Shown here piece after piece: positions 52,959-63,120 of a stretch of 64,000 bases of DNA (positions within the stretch are counted from its first letter, which is position 1; every line of letters begins with the position of its first letter). The position numbers and the translations under genes were made by a program. The notes under the pieces are model-generated. The model had not been told where the DNA came from and made no database searches. It worked only from the letters and a program-made list of their open reading frames with translations. Location: contig PLLX01000164.1 of assembly GCA_003141415.1 (NCBI GenBank), forward strand, positions 44,030-108,029. Direction: 5' to 3'. This stretch comes from Bacteroidales bacterium. Lineage in GTDB: Bacteria; Bacteroidota; Bacteroidia; Bacteroidales; VadinHA17.

Positions 52959-53492
52959 TTACTTATTCAAAGCCTCCAGTATCAGTTTCTTTCTTTTCTC
53001 GGGATTTCTTTCTGTTATGAAAATGGCTTTCTTGATGGAGTTAATCTTATATTCATCGATTGTTCGGATAATTTTAGCAGGTATACCAACCACTACAACA
53101 TTATCCGGAATATTTTTTGTCACTACACTCGCCGCACCAATCACAACATTGTTTCCGACTGTAATATCTGGCAATATGATTGAATTATTGCCTATGAACA
53201 CACTATTGCCGATTGTTATCTTACCAAAAACATTAATACCGGGAAATTCTTTTCTGAAAATCCCTACACCTCCATCATGTGTTATAAACCGCACACCGCT
53301 TGTAATTGTCACATTATTACCGATAGTTATTAAATATGGTTCACTGCCAAAATCAATCCTCCCGACTATTCTGACATTTCTTCCGAAACTCACGCCTGAA
53401 AACTTACTGTAAATCTTATGTGATCCATATTCATCAGAAGTTAAAAGTGATATTTCGAAAAGGGTTCTCTTAATTAAAGGGAATAGTTTCAT
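52959..53492 (-). CDS. Hexapeptide-repeat (LbH) acetyltransferase
   Basis: [21 protein letters not shown]...[51 protein letters not shown]. Confidence 0.85.
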   Translation of the reverse strand: MKLFPLIKRTLFEISLLTSDEYGSHKIYSKFSGVSFGRNVRIVGRIDFGSEPYLITIGNNVTITSGVRFITHDGGVGIFRKEFPGINVFGKITIGNSVFIGNNSIILPDITVGNNVVIGAASVVTKNIPDNVVVVGIPAKIIRTIDEYKINSIKKAIFITERNPEKRKKLILEALNK

Positions 53493-54684
53493 TGAAAAAA
53501 AAATTTATCAGTTTTTGAGTATAAAGTTTATAATCAAATTCATTCTTTGAGGTTGCGTAAGCATTGCTTACAATTGAATTATCGAAATTATAATTATCAA
53601 TAATCTCATTAATTTTAGTCGTCATTTCTGATAGAGATCCGGGAGGGATTATATATCCATTATGGCCATCCTTAATGAATAATCTGTTATCACTGACATC
53701 AGTTACGAGGACAGGAATTCCTGAAACCATATACTCTGAAAGTTTAGTTGAAAAACCATATTTATTCTGCCTGGTTGAAGGGCGTGGAAGAATTAACAAA
53801 TTATATTTTAAAAATTCCACCGGCAGATCCTCAGGATCGAAATGGCCATGATAAAATATCTTTCCCTGTAAATGGTGTTTCTCAATTAAATGGTTTATTT
53901 CTTTATTATCACCTTCAGAAATAAATCCATACATATGGAGCTCTACATTTTTTTTCTGATTGACTTTCTTCATGGCTTCAAACAAAAGATTGAATCCTTC
54001 TTTCCTTGTTGAAATGGTTCCTGAAAAACAGATCTTAAAGGGTTCATTCCTGTTATAAGGTAATTGTTTGAAGTTAATCGAATTTGAGATATCACATAAA
54101 ATAGGAATTCTTATTTTTTTTTTTGTATACCGTGAAAGGTATTTTTCCAGACTTGTTGATATTACAATCACTCCATCATAAAAGAAGATCTGGACTTCAC
54201 TTACCTTGTAGATTAAAAAAATGAAAGGAAATTTTATATAAAAAAGTACTTTCTTCAAATCATTTGCCGGAGGGGTTTTGGTATATAGATTTGTTGACCT
54301 TAGTTCATTTATCTCGCAAAAGAATTTATATTTCTGAATTAATTTGAAATAAATCAGGTAGATAAAATCGTGAATGATCTTACTTGTCGGATATAAATAG
54401 ATGACTGAATTGGATTTTCTTGCTTTGATGAACCTGTTTAAAGAAAAAATAAAATAGAATAAATGAAAAATTGAACTTCTTCCATTGTTTTTGGTCGTAA
54501 GATGAAAAATATTGGGGTATAAAACAGACTTAATAAAAGGACCTTTACTGATTTCAGTAAATGAACATATAAAAACATTAGTATCTCCTAAGGACAAAGA
54601 TTTTGCTATTTTTAAAACTCTTTGTGAACCGGCAGTCCTGCCGTTAAGTATTTGCATTGTGCTTATTATGAATATCTCTTTCAT
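53470..54684 (-). CDS. Glycosyltransferase family 4; contains an A11 tract
   Basis: C-terminal half reads [13 protein letters not shown]...[36 protein letters not shown]. The tract 54114-54124 encodes KKK. The 3' end overlaps the downstream LbH gene by 23 nt. Confidence 0.75.
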   Translation of the reverse strand: MKEIFIISTMQILNGRTAGSQRVLKIAKSLSLGDTNVFICSFTEISKGPFIKSVLYPNIFHLTTKNNGRSSIFHLFYFIFSLNRFIKARKSNSVIYLYPTSKIIHDFIYLIYFKLIQKYKFFCEINELRSTNLYTKTPPANDLKKVLFYIKFPFIFLIYKVSEVQIFFYDGVIVISTSLEKYLSRYTKKKIRIPILCDISNSINFKQLPYNRNEPFKICFSGTISTRKEGFNLLFEAMKKVNQKKNVELHMYGFISEGDNKEINHLIEKHHLQGKIFYHGHFDPEDLPVEFLKYNLLILPRPSTRQNKYGFSTKLSEYMVSGIPVLVTDVSDNRLFIKDGHNGYIIPPGSLSEMTTKINEIIDNYNFDNSIVSNAYATSKNEFDYKLYTQKLINFFFNETIPFN

Positions 54685-54726
54685 CAGATTTCAGGTATAT
54701 TTAAATAGCAGAAAAAGAGGACCTTA

Positions 54727-55107
54727 CTAATTGATCCTCTTTATCCCTTCCCACAAATTGCTCAATTTTGCATTGCCTGATATCAATTTTAAAACCCTCC
54801 AGGAAGTGTTTTCAATGGTATAATCACCGGCGATTTGTTTATATCCACTAGTCATTTTAAATTCCTTTATCGGCATCTTGATACTTTCTAAAACAACCTG
54901 AGGATCAAAACCAGTCAGGATTATTGTACCGGCATCCTGAGCTTCAGGTCTTTCCATGGATTGGCGTAATGAAATGGCAGGAAAATTCAACATCGATGAT
55001 TCTTCACTTATTGTACAGGAATCGGACAAAACACACAATGCATTCATTTGAAGATAAACATAATCAAGAAATCCAAAGGGTTTAAGAAATCTGATCTTGG
55101 AGTTCAT
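54727..55107 (-). CDS. fnlC: UDP-N-acetylglucosamine 2-epimerase family (FnlC/Cap5G-type), C-terminal third, separated from the N-terminal part by an in-frame TAA
   Basis: IRFLKPFGFLDYVYLQMNALCVLSDSCTISEESSMLNFPAISLRQSMERPE. The ATG at 55107 directly abuts the TAA at 55108-55110. Confidence 0.8.
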   Translation of the reverse strand: MNSKIRFLKPFGFLDYVYLQMNALCVLSDSCTISEESSMLNFPAISLRQSMERPEAQDAGTIILTGFDPQVVLESIKMPIKEFKMTSGYKQIAGDYTIENTSWRVLKLISGNAKLSNLWEGIKRIN

Positions 55108-55866
55108 TTAAATGCTTTTAAGCATTTCTATTTTCTTTCTTGTCCGCGGATGCGTAGAAACTATAACAGGCAGATTGTAATCTACAGCAAGTTGGTTTAA
55201 TATGTTCAAGATTCTGGACAGGTTTTCCGGATTATCAACATTCTCTTCCCTGTGAGTGGACACAAGAAAATAGCCTGTGGCTTTCAGCGATAAACTTTCA
55301 AGAGCTTTGGATTTCTTAATTTTTGGCATATAGTAATCGAGTACCTCTCTCATAGGGCTGCCGGTTAGATAAATCCTTCTATGTGGTAACCCTTCCGAGA
55401 TAACATGCCGGCGGGTATGTTCGGTATACACAAGGTTGAAATCTGCTATATGATCGATGATCCTTCGATTAACTTCTTCCGGAACATTTAAATCAAAGCA
55501 CCTGTTTCCAGCCTCCATATGGAACACGGGGATATGCAGCCGTTTTGCCATGTAAGCTGCCAGGCAAGAATTAGTATCTCCCAGGACCAGGACAGCATCG
55601 GGGTTTTCCTTCCTTAGCACTTCACCTGATTTTCTTATTATGTCTCCGACTGAACCTTCCAGTGATGATGTATCAACCTCTAAAAAATAATCAGGTTTTC
55701 TGAGTTCCAGTTCTTTAAAGAAAACTTCATTAAGTTCATAGTCATAATTCTGACCTGTATGCACAATGACCTGATTCAGAAATTCATCCAATCTGACCAT
55801 AGTCCGTGAAAGGCGTATTATTTCTGGTCTGGTTCCGATGAATGTCATTAATTTAAGTTTGCTCAT
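55108..55866 (-). CDS. fnlC: UDP-N-acetylglucosamine 2-epimerase family (FnlC/Cap5G-type), N-terminal two-thirds
   Basis: KLKLMTFIGTRPEIIRLS...VIVHTGQNYDYELNEVFF..L.LRKPDYFLEV...LGDTNSCL...IPVFHMEAGNRCFD.NVPEE.NRRIIDH...STHPRTRKKIE. Confidence 0.85.
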   Translation of the reverse strand: MSKLKLMTFIGTRPEIIRLSRTMVRLDEFLNQVIVHTGQNYDYELNEVFFKELELRKPDYFLEVDTSSLEGSVGDIIRKSGEVLRKENPDAVLVLGDTNSCLAAYMAKRLHIPVFHMEAGNRCFDLNVPEEVNRRIIDHIADFNLVYTEHTRRHVISEGLPHRRIYLTGSPMREVLDYYMPKIKKSKALESLSLKATGYFLVSTHREENVDNPENLSRILNILNQLAVDYNLPVIVSTHPRTRKKIEMLKSI

Positions 55867-56006
55867 TTTTAAAGCTTTGAGTTTAAAATTTTAGGTGTTG
55901 GATTTTGCTCTACCGAAGTTTTGGAATTCATAAATGCTCGCAAAAGAAAAATTAAACAATATTTTTTGAGTTTTTTCAAGTATACTTTAAATGTTTATGA
56001 AGCAAA

Positions 56007-57098
56007 TTATTTCATTACTTGCTCATATACAGTTTTAGTCTGAAGAGCTATATTGTCCCAATTATAGGGAGTTAAATCGTACTTAACTAACTCAAAGTTG
56101 TGATTTAATTGTTGCTCTAAACCTCTTATGAGAGAATCTTCATTACCAGTTTTGAAAAATCTATTTTCAGGTAAAGATATCTGTTTATTTGCTGGTATAT
56201 CGCTGACTAATACAGGCAAATCGTAACTCATAGCTTCAAGCAAACTGATCGGTAATCCTTCGTGAAACGAAGGCATTACAAATAACCTTGCATGACTAAA
56301 AAGTTCCTGTAGCTTTTTGCCTTTGACGAAGCCCGGTAATACCACATTATTAGCTTTCGCAAACTCTTTTAATTGTTTTGAATATTCAGTTTCATGATCA
56401 CTGTCTCCTGCAATCACTAGTCGATGATTCTGGTTTTTAATTTTACTAAATGCACGAATTAAATAATCAAAACCCTTTTCTTCAACGAACCTGCCTAAAG
56501 CCATAATATACATTCGGGGTTGAAGGCCTAAGCTTTCTATATATTCTGACTGTTTCACATAAACTGGTGCATTTACTCCATTAAAAATCAGATGTGTATT
56601 TTTTCGATTATATTTTTTGATCAATGATTCCTGAATTATCGAAGAGATCACTATTACCTCATTAGCAGCGAAAGTTCCTAATCTCTCTCCTATTCTAAGA
56701 ACAAATTTTGCAAAACGACCCCATTTTGCACGGTCGTAATCGAACCCGTGATGCGTATATACTACTTTTAGACCAAGAAATCTGGCAAATGGTGACATAA
56801 TAGCCGGGCCAATAGCATGAAGATGAATAATATCAGCATTTTGGCTTTTTGCCCAAATAATAGCCAGGAAGGTATGCATAAAACCTTCAAGGCCCTCTAT
56901 ATGCGGTGCATAAAGTGTAGTTAGTTTTACGCCATTAAATTCTTTTAATTTGTCAGTAGGACTTATATACCAGGATCGTCTCACTAATTTTACATCAAAA
57001 CCCAGTCGACTTAGGCGAGGATATAGTTCTTCACAGTGTGTCTCAATTCCTCCCTGGATGTTTGGAATACCTCGAGTGCCAGTAACTACTATTTTCAT
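56007..57098 (-). CDS. Glycosyltransferase family 4 with DUF1972-type N-terminal domain
   Basis: MKIVVTGTRGIPNIQGGIETHCEELYPRL and DYDRAKWGRFAKFVLRIGE are DUF1972-like. EGLPISLLEAMSYDLPVLVSDIPAN is the GT4 core. Confidence 0.8.
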   Translation of the reverse strand: MKIVVTGTRGIPNIQGGIETHCEELYPRLSRLGFDVKLVRRSWYISPTDKLKEFNGVKLTTLYAPHIEGLEGFMHTFLAIIWAKSQNADIIHLHAIGPAIMSPFARFLGLKVVYTHHGFDYDRAKWGRFAKFVLRIGERLGTFAANEVIVISSIIQESLIKKYNRKNTHLIFNGVNAPVYVKQSEYIESLGLQPRMYIMALGRFVEEKGFDYLIRAFSKIKNQNHRLVIAGDSDHETEYSKQLKEFAKANNVVLPGFVKGKKLQELFSHARLFVMPSFHEGLPISLLEAMSYDLPVLVSDIPANKQISLPENRFFKTGNEDSLIRGLEQQLNHNFELVKYDLTPYNWDNIALQTKTVYEQVMK

Positions 57099-57186
57099 AA
57101 AAGGCTTAATTACTTAAAGAAAAAATATTCGAAATTCATGGTTTAGGTTGAATGTTACAGCTAAATTATGAAAGTGAAGATTCAGG

Positions 57187-58314
57187 TCATACGTTTTCAA
57201 AGTATGTATCCGGATCATCGGGATTAAAAAATTCATTTATCCAGAACAGGGTAATCAGCTCCTCATCTCCGACATTTGTAATATTGTGAGTATACCACAC
57301 CGGCATATCTACGAAAGATGGTTGATCTCCATTAAGTTCGAAATGATATACCACGGTAGTCCCAATACGGCGTAGATCAATAGTTGCTTTCCCTTTAATC
57401 ACAATGAATCGTTCTATTTTCCTGGTATGATAATGATTACCTCTGGTTACACCAGGTACAGTGGTCGAAAATGAAAATTGTCCGCCAACAAAGGACTTGA
57501 TTGCTTCAATAAAAATGCCGCGCTGGTCTGCATTCTTTTTCAAATATACAGGATTATAGTTAGAATGATCAAAATAACTTCTGAATGTATTAAATAGATT
57601 TAATTCAAATGTGCTGTTCAATTCAGGGAAACAATGTTCCTCAAAATATAACTTCTTATACTTTTCAAGTAATAATAGTATTTCTGAAACATTGTTTTCA
57701 GATGTGTGCCGTACATTAAACCTGAAGGGTCCCGAACTTTCAGATCTACTTATTATTTTCTGATAGAACTGATCTACAAGCTCATTTACATAAATGAGCT
57801 GAAGATTAGCATCAATTACTATTTTAGGATGTTCATTATGTGTTAACTGATGGCAAAAGGTAGCTACAACCGAATTGTAAAATGGATTACCGAACGGTCC
57901 GAAAACATTTGGTATGACAAATCCAGTGAACCGGTTGTTACTTTGTACTGCCCATTGTTCAAAAAGAAGACGACCATCATGTTTTGATTTACCGTAAAGG
58001 TTGTCCATCTCTTCCTGAGTTGACGAGGAAAAGAGAACATGTATCTGCCTTTCAGGGCCTTCCAGGGCCTTTATCAATTGCTTTACAAGCCTTATATTTG
58101 TATCATAAATTACCTGAGGGTCACCATGACGGTTCAAAGCAGCAAGATGAACGATAGCATCGCATTCATTAACAAATTTTCTTAACTGGTTATCATTTTC
58201 AAAATATCTGTCTTCAAAAGGGACCGTAATAACTTCATCTTTTTTAAGATTAAGATAGTTATACAGATGTGTCCCTATAAAGCCTGTCTGCCCTGTTATA
58301 CCAACTTTTATCAT
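57187..58314 (-). CDS. fnlB: FnlB/CapF-type bifunctional reductase/epimerase (SDR + cupin) of the UDP-L-FucNAc pathway
   Basis: N-terminal GITGQTGFIGTHL. YGKSK and YNSVVATFCHQL. C-terminal cupin GNHYHTRKIERFIVIKGKA...YTHNITNVGDEELITLFWINEFFNPDDPDTYF closely parallels S. aureus CapF as I recall it. Confidence 0.85.
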   Translation of the reverse strand: MIKVGITGQTGFIGTHLYNYLNLKKDEVITVPFEDRYFENDNQLRKFVNECDAIVHLAALNRHGDPQVIYDTNIRLVKQLIKALEGPERQIHVLFSSSTQEEMDNLYGKSKHDGRLLFEQWAVQSNNRFTGFVIPNVFGPFGNPFYNSVVATFCHQLTHNEHPKIVIDANLQLIYVNELVDQFYQKIISRSESSGPFRFNVRHTSENNVSEILLLLEKYKKLYFEEHCFPELNSTFELNLFNTFRSYFDHSNYNPVYLKKNADQRGIFIEAIKSFVGGQFSFSTTVPGVTRGNHYHTRKIERFIVIKGKATIDLRRIGTTVVYHFELNGDQPSFVDMPVWYTHNITNVGDEELITLFWINEFFNPDDPDTYFENV

Positions 58315-58369
58315 TTGTGCTTACTGTTTGATTTTCAGAGTTAAAAGTACCCTGTATAACTATATTTAA

Positions 58370-59365
58370 TTACCTCAGTCCAAGGAATAATCTTCGCAAC
58401 ATTTTTGATTTTTCAAGGATTAATTCAATTACTATAGGAATACCAATACCAAAAATGAGTCCCATAGTGAATAATATATAGCGTTCATCCACATCATACT
58501 TCTTAAGAATAATTCTTGAACCGGCAGTTCCCAGAACATGAAACAAATATATTCCGAACGCATAATATCCTATTTTTGACATTATAGTAATATTCTTTTT
58601 GATATAGAATAAAAGCATAATGCCAGAGCAGGCTTCAAGCAGGCTTAAGATTTCAAATTCATAATCATTAACAATGTATTGTGTGAACCATGTATATTGT
58701 TGCAGAATTACTGTAATGACAAATACTGCCAGTGCTGATCTTATAATTATCTTTCCGGTGAAGTAAGAATTAAACCTTTTAATCCCGCAACCAAGAATAA
58801 AAAAGGGTAATAGGTTAAAGAACCCATTGATACTAAAAAGATTAAAGCTAAAATTTGGAATAAAATTTCTGATTAAAGATGCTGAAATAAATATTATGAT
58901 CCAATTTCTGAATGATAACATCAATTTAAACTGATCGATGAGGCCTATTGTCACAAAAATAAGAAATATTGATTGTACGAACCAAAAATGTCCGTAGGGT
59001 AAAATATAAATCTGCCACATGTCAGATAGCGGCAACTTGTTATTTGTTCCTGGTACAAAATACTGTATTAAGAAATGTAGTGTGCCAACGGAAAGAAGAG
59101 GTAATAATAATCTCCTTCCCTTTCCTTGGATGAATTTCAGAAAAGTGCTATTTCCGGCTGGTTGTAAAGAATAGACATATCCCGAAATAACTGTAAACAA
59201 GGGCATTCGTAAATATTCAAATGAAAAAAAGGAATAAGTCCATCCTGAATCTTCTGCGACTTTCATCCCTGTTAAATTGCTTCCTATAATATGCCCTGCA
59301 ACCATGAATAGTACTGCAAACCCTCTGAGAGTTTCAATAGAAACATCTTTCTGCCTAGAATTCAT
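58370..59365 (-). CDS. Acyltransferase family 3 (integral-membrane O-acyltransferase)
   Basis: VSIETLRGFAVLFMVAGHIIG at the N-terminus, followed by about 10 hydrophobic segments. Confidence 0.8.
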   Translation of the reverse strand: MNSRQKDVSIETLRGFAVLFMVAGHIIGSNLTGMKVAEDSGWTYSFFSFEYLRMPLFTVISGYVYSLQPAGNSTFLKFIQGKGRRLLLPLLSVGTLHFLIQYFVPGTNNKLPLSDMWQIYILPYGHFWFVQSIFLIFVTIGLIDQFKLMLSFRNWIIIFISASLIRNFIPNFSFNLFSINGFFNLLPFFILGCGIKRFNSYFTGKIIIRSALAVFVITVILQQYTWFTQYIVNDYEFEILSLLEACSGIMLLFYIKKNITIMSKIGYYAFGIYLFHVLGTAGSRIILKKYDVDERYILFTMGLIFGIGIPIVIELILEKSKMLRRLFLGLR

Positions 59366-59426
59366 CCAACTCTTAAAATGTTATTTGAACCTTTCTATTC
59401 TATTCACCATAGTATTTCTAGCACCT

Positions 59427-60452
59427 TCATGCGTTCATACCTGTTTCCTCCTTAATCAAATCAAGCCGCAGAAGCATTTGTTTTGTTTCTTCTAAGTTTA
59501 AACGGGATGTATTGTGGGAAGTATATTCTTCTGTTTGCGATATCTTTGCTTCTCCTTCTATAAAAAACCTGTTGTAGTTCAGGTCGCGGGTATCTGCAGG
59601 AATGCGGAAGAAATTACCTAAATCTTCAGCTTTTAACATTTCTTCACGGTTAACCAGTGTTTCATATAGCTTTTCACCGTGACGAGTTCCGATAATTTTA
59701 ATTGGGTTCTTTGCTTTAAATAATTCCAGCAAAGCTTTTGCCAGAACTTCTATGGTTGCAGCGGGAGATTTCTGAACAAATATATCGCCGGGATTACCGT
59801 TTTTAAAAGCAAAAATAACCAGATCAACAGCATCATCCAGAGTCATCATATACCTTGTCATATTAGGATCAGTAATTGTAAGCGGATTCCCTTTCTTGAT
59901 CTGGTCTATAAAAAGAGGGATCACAGAACCTCTTGAAGCCATTACATTACCATATCTAGTGCCGCAAAATACCATACCGGTACCGACTAGATTCCGAGAC
60001 TTTGCAACCATTACTTTTTCGCTCAGTGCTTTTGACATTCCCATTGCATTGATCGGGTAGACTGCCTTATCTGTACTCAGTACAATTACACGGCTAACTT
60101 TGTTTTCCATCGCTGCATTCAGAACATTTTCACATCCCAGGACATTAGTCCGAACTGCTTCAACCGGAAAAAATTCGCAGGAAGGGACTTGTTTCAAAGC
60201 AGCTGCCTGGAAAACAAAGTCAACTCCTTTCATAGCACTGTTTATGCTTTCATAGTTTCTGACATCACCAATGTAATACTTTATTTTTGCGCTGTTGTAA
60301 TACTGTCGCATGTCATCCTGTTTTTTTTCATCGCGACTAAAAATGCGAATTTCTTTAATATCTGTTTTTAAAATACGTCTTAAAACAGCGTTTCCAAATG
60401 AGCCTGTGCCACCAGTGATCAGAAGTGATTTTTCAGTAAATAAATTTTCCAT
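59427..60452 (-). CDS. fnlA: FnlA/CapE-type UDP-N-acetylglucosamine 4,6-dehydratase/5-epimerase
   Basis: LLITGGTGSFGNAVLRRIL..DIKEIRIFSRDEKKQDDMR....AKIKYYIGDVRN, with MGMSKAL as the catalytic region. Confidence 0.9.
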   Translation of the reverse strand: MENLFTEKSLLITGGTGSFGNAVLRRILKTDIKEIRIFSRDEKKQDDMRQYYNSAKIKYYIGDVRNYESINSAMKGVDFVFQAAALKQVPSCEFFPVEAVRTNVLGCENVLNAAMENKVSRVIVLSTDKAVYPINAMGMSKALSEKVMVAKSRNLVGTGMVFCGTRYGNVMASRGSVIPLFIDQIKKGNPLTITDPNMTRYMMTLDDAVDLVIFAFKNGNPGDIFVQKSPAATIEVLAKALLELFKAKNPIKIIGTRHGEKLYETLVNREEMLKAEDLGNFFRIPADTRDLNYNRFFIEGEAKISQTEEYTSHNTSRLNLEETKQMLLRLDLIKEETGMNA

Positions 60453-60465
60453 AATCTGTGTAGAT

Positions 60466-63120
60466 TTAATTCAATAATAATTTTTTTCGGAAGTTTTCTC
60501 TGATTAGATTTGCATCTTCGTTTTGAATTGCAACTATCCTGGCTCTATTCGCCAGTTCCCTCCTAAGTGAAAGATTAGAATATAATTCCTCCAGGGCCTG
60601 TGTTAAAAGGGTCTCATTATTTTCAGAGACAATGTATGCCCAGCCATCTCTGATGGCATATTTTGCCAGAGCAGTTCGTTCATCTGCATAGACGAGAATA
60701 GGAGTGCCTGAAATCATATACTCAGGAACCTTGGTCTGAATGGAATATTTTAAAAATTCTATGCTTGCTGAGTCAAAGTCTTCCGGAAGAATCAACAAGT
60801 CGACATTTGAGAATTTTTTGGGAAGTTCAGAATATTCTATTGGCTTTAACCATTTTACATGATCGTTATGTTTTACCAATTTATCTATTTCAGAGAAATT
60901 GTTGGTAAGTATTTCAAACTGTATATTGTCATTTTTCAAACTGAAGTGTTGAACAGCTTTGGCTATATCAAAAATTGATTTTTTTATTCCCCTGCCAATT
61001 CGTCCGGCATACAATATAGTGAATTTGCCTTTTATATTCCAGTCAGTTTTTGCGTAGGGTAACCAATTCCCAATTTCTATTGGATTATGAAATGGGATAA
61101 ACTCTTTATTATATCTTATTTCATATTCTTCACTCATTGATTCGCATATACTCATTAAAACCGATGATTTATCCAGCAATTTTCTGAATTCCCTGTCAAT
61201 AACCTTTTTCCAGTATGAGAATAACAATTCTGGCTTATTTATAGCGTTTGGCCAATCGTCCATGATATGCAATACCAGCGGTTTATCGCATAGTTCCTGA
61301 ATTTCTGAAACAAATCTGATAAGCTCTAATGTAGAAAGTTGAGAATAAATGATATCGGGATTATAAGACTTAAGCCATTCTTTAAAATCAGGAGTGATTT
61401 TTAATTTGTACAGGATATTATAAATACCTAAAAATCTAAGAAGCTCCGACAAAAGTCTATAGATTTTCTTATATCTCCCGGTAGTCGCATTTTCTCCCTG
61501 GTCCGCCCCGTCACTATTGTTATTTTTTTGAATAAAACTACCACACTTTATTTTAGGCAGAAAAAGATTGAGAGGGAATGGGTGTAATTTACCATTATAC
61601 CCCAACTGGTAATATCGTTCACATACTGAAACATCTAAATCAGAATACAAATTAACATTGGAAGCTACAACTAAATTTTTCTTGGGCCATCCATAGAATA
61701 AATTGGAAATAGTTATGCCGCCTCCGGTATTTTTGTTGAACGTCTGACCTATGACCAATATTTTAGGATATTTCACTTCCACTACCTTTTCAGATTTCAG
61801 AATGAAGTTCTCCCGAAATCTTTGCCTTACGGTTTCTGCATCGTCGTTTTGAATTGCAATTTTTGTTGCCCGTTCTGCCAGATCCTTTCTAAGTGTAAGA
61901 TCAGAATAGAGTTCATTCAGGGCACGTATTAATATGTCTTTTTTGTTATCAGTAACCACGTATGCCCATCTATCCTTTATTGCGTATTTTGCCAGTGCAG
62001 TTCGATTATCTGCATAGACTAATATCGGGGTCCCCGAAATCATGTATTCTGAGGCTTTAGTAGGCATAGAAAATTGTGCAAAACGGATCCCGTATTTATC
62101 AAAGTCGAGTGGTAAAAAAAGTAAATCGTAACTGGCCAGAAGAAAGGGCATTTTTTCGTGTTGTACAGTCGTTTTTATTTGAACTCCTTTCAGGTTGTTT
62201 ATTGAATATGCATTCTTTGTATTATAATCTGGCGTGAATATGTCGAGCTTTATTTTAATTTCTTCCGAATTCATTGCATCAATAATATTTGCCATGAACA
62301 ATATTGCCTTCCCATTTGCTTTCCCTATTCTACCGGTATATAATATTTTGAACACTCCGTTGATTTCCCACTGAGTTTTGGAATAAGGGAGCCAGTCATC
62401 AACAACAATCGGATTATGAAAAGGAACAAAATGTTTTTTATAACGCACATCATATTCATCACTCATAGCCTGACAGATACTCATTAAAATTGAGGATTTC
62501 GCCATTAATTCACGAAACTCATGATCAATTTTATGTTTCCAGTAATTATGAAAAAGGGACGGTTTATTTATTGAGGTAGGCCAATCGTCCATTATATGAA
62601 GAGCTATTGGTTTATTAAATCGCTCACGAATTTCCGAGACAAATCGTATAAGCTCCAAAGTGGAAAGCTGAGAATAAATAATATCCGGATTATAAGCGTT
62701 GACCCATTCTTTAAATTCAGGAGTAATTTTTAATTTATACAAGATATTATAGATCCCTAAAAATCTCAGGAGTTCAGATAAAAGTTTATAGATTTTCTTA
62801 TACTTACCCGTTATTGCATTTTCACCATGTTCCGCTTCGATATTTTTAAAATTATTAAGAGAAAGACCTCCACATTTAATTTTAGGCAGGAAAAGGTTGA
62901 GAGGGAATGGATGTAATTTGCCATTATACCCCAACTGGTAGTATTGTTCACAAACTGACAGATCTAAATCAAAATATAAATTAGAATTAGATGCTACAGC
63001 CAGTTTGTCTTTTGGCCAGCCATTAAACAGATTGGATATAGTTATTCCTCCTCCGCTGCTTTTATTAAATGTCTGGCCTATTATTAATATTTTAGGATAA
63101 TTCTTTTCTCCCATTTTCAT
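60466..63120 (-). CDS. 884-aa protein made of two tandem paralogous ~440-aa glycosyltransferase-like modules
   Basis: YPKILIIGQTFNKSSGGGITISNLFNGWPKDKLAVASN... starts at residue 8, and YPKILVIGQTFNKNTGGGITISNLFYGWPKKNLVVASN... starts at residue 451. Both modules keep EYMISGTPILVYAD.RTALAKYA. Confidence 0.65.
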   Translation of the reverse strand: MKMGEKNYPKILIIGQTFNKSSGGGITISNLFNGWPKDKLAVASNSNLYFDLDLSVCEQYYQLGYNGKLHPFPLNLFLPKIKCGGLSLNNFKNIEAEHGENAITGKYKKIYKLLSELLRFLGIYNILYKLKITPEFKEWVNAYNPDIIYSQLSTLELIRFVSEIRERFNKPIALHIMDDWPTSINKPSLFHNYWKHKIDHEFRELMAKSSILMSICQAMSDEYDVRYKKHFVPFHNPIVVDDWLPYSKTQWEINGVFKILYTGRIGKANGKAILFMANIIDAMNSEEIKIKLDIFTPDYNTKNAYSINNLKGVQIKTTVQHEKMPFLLASYDLLFLPLDFDKYGIRFAQFSMPTKASEYMISGTPILVYADNRTALAKYAIKDRWAYVVTDNKKDILIRALNELYSDLTLRKDLAERATKIAIQNDDAETVRQRFRENFILKSEKVVEVKYPKILVIGQTFNKNTGGGITISNLFYGWPKKNLVVASNVNLYSDLDVSVCERYYQLGYNGKLHPFPLNLFLPKIKCGSFIQKNNNSDGADQGENATTGRYKKIYRLLSELLRFLGIYNILYKLKITPDFKEWLKSYNPDIIYSQLSTLELIRFVSEIQELCDKPLVLHIMDDWPNAINKPELLFSYWKKVIDREFRKLLDKSSVLMSICESMSEEYEIRYNKEFIPFHNPIEIGNWLPYAKTDWNIKGKFTILYAGRIGRGIKKSIFDIAKAVQHFSLKNDNIQFEILTNNFSEIDKLVKHNDHVKWLKPIEYSELPKKFSNVDLLILPEDFDSASIEFLKYSIQTKVPEYMISGTPILVYADERTALAKYAIRDGWAYIVSENNETLLTQALEELYSNLSLRRELANRARIVAIQNEDANLIRENFRKKLLLN

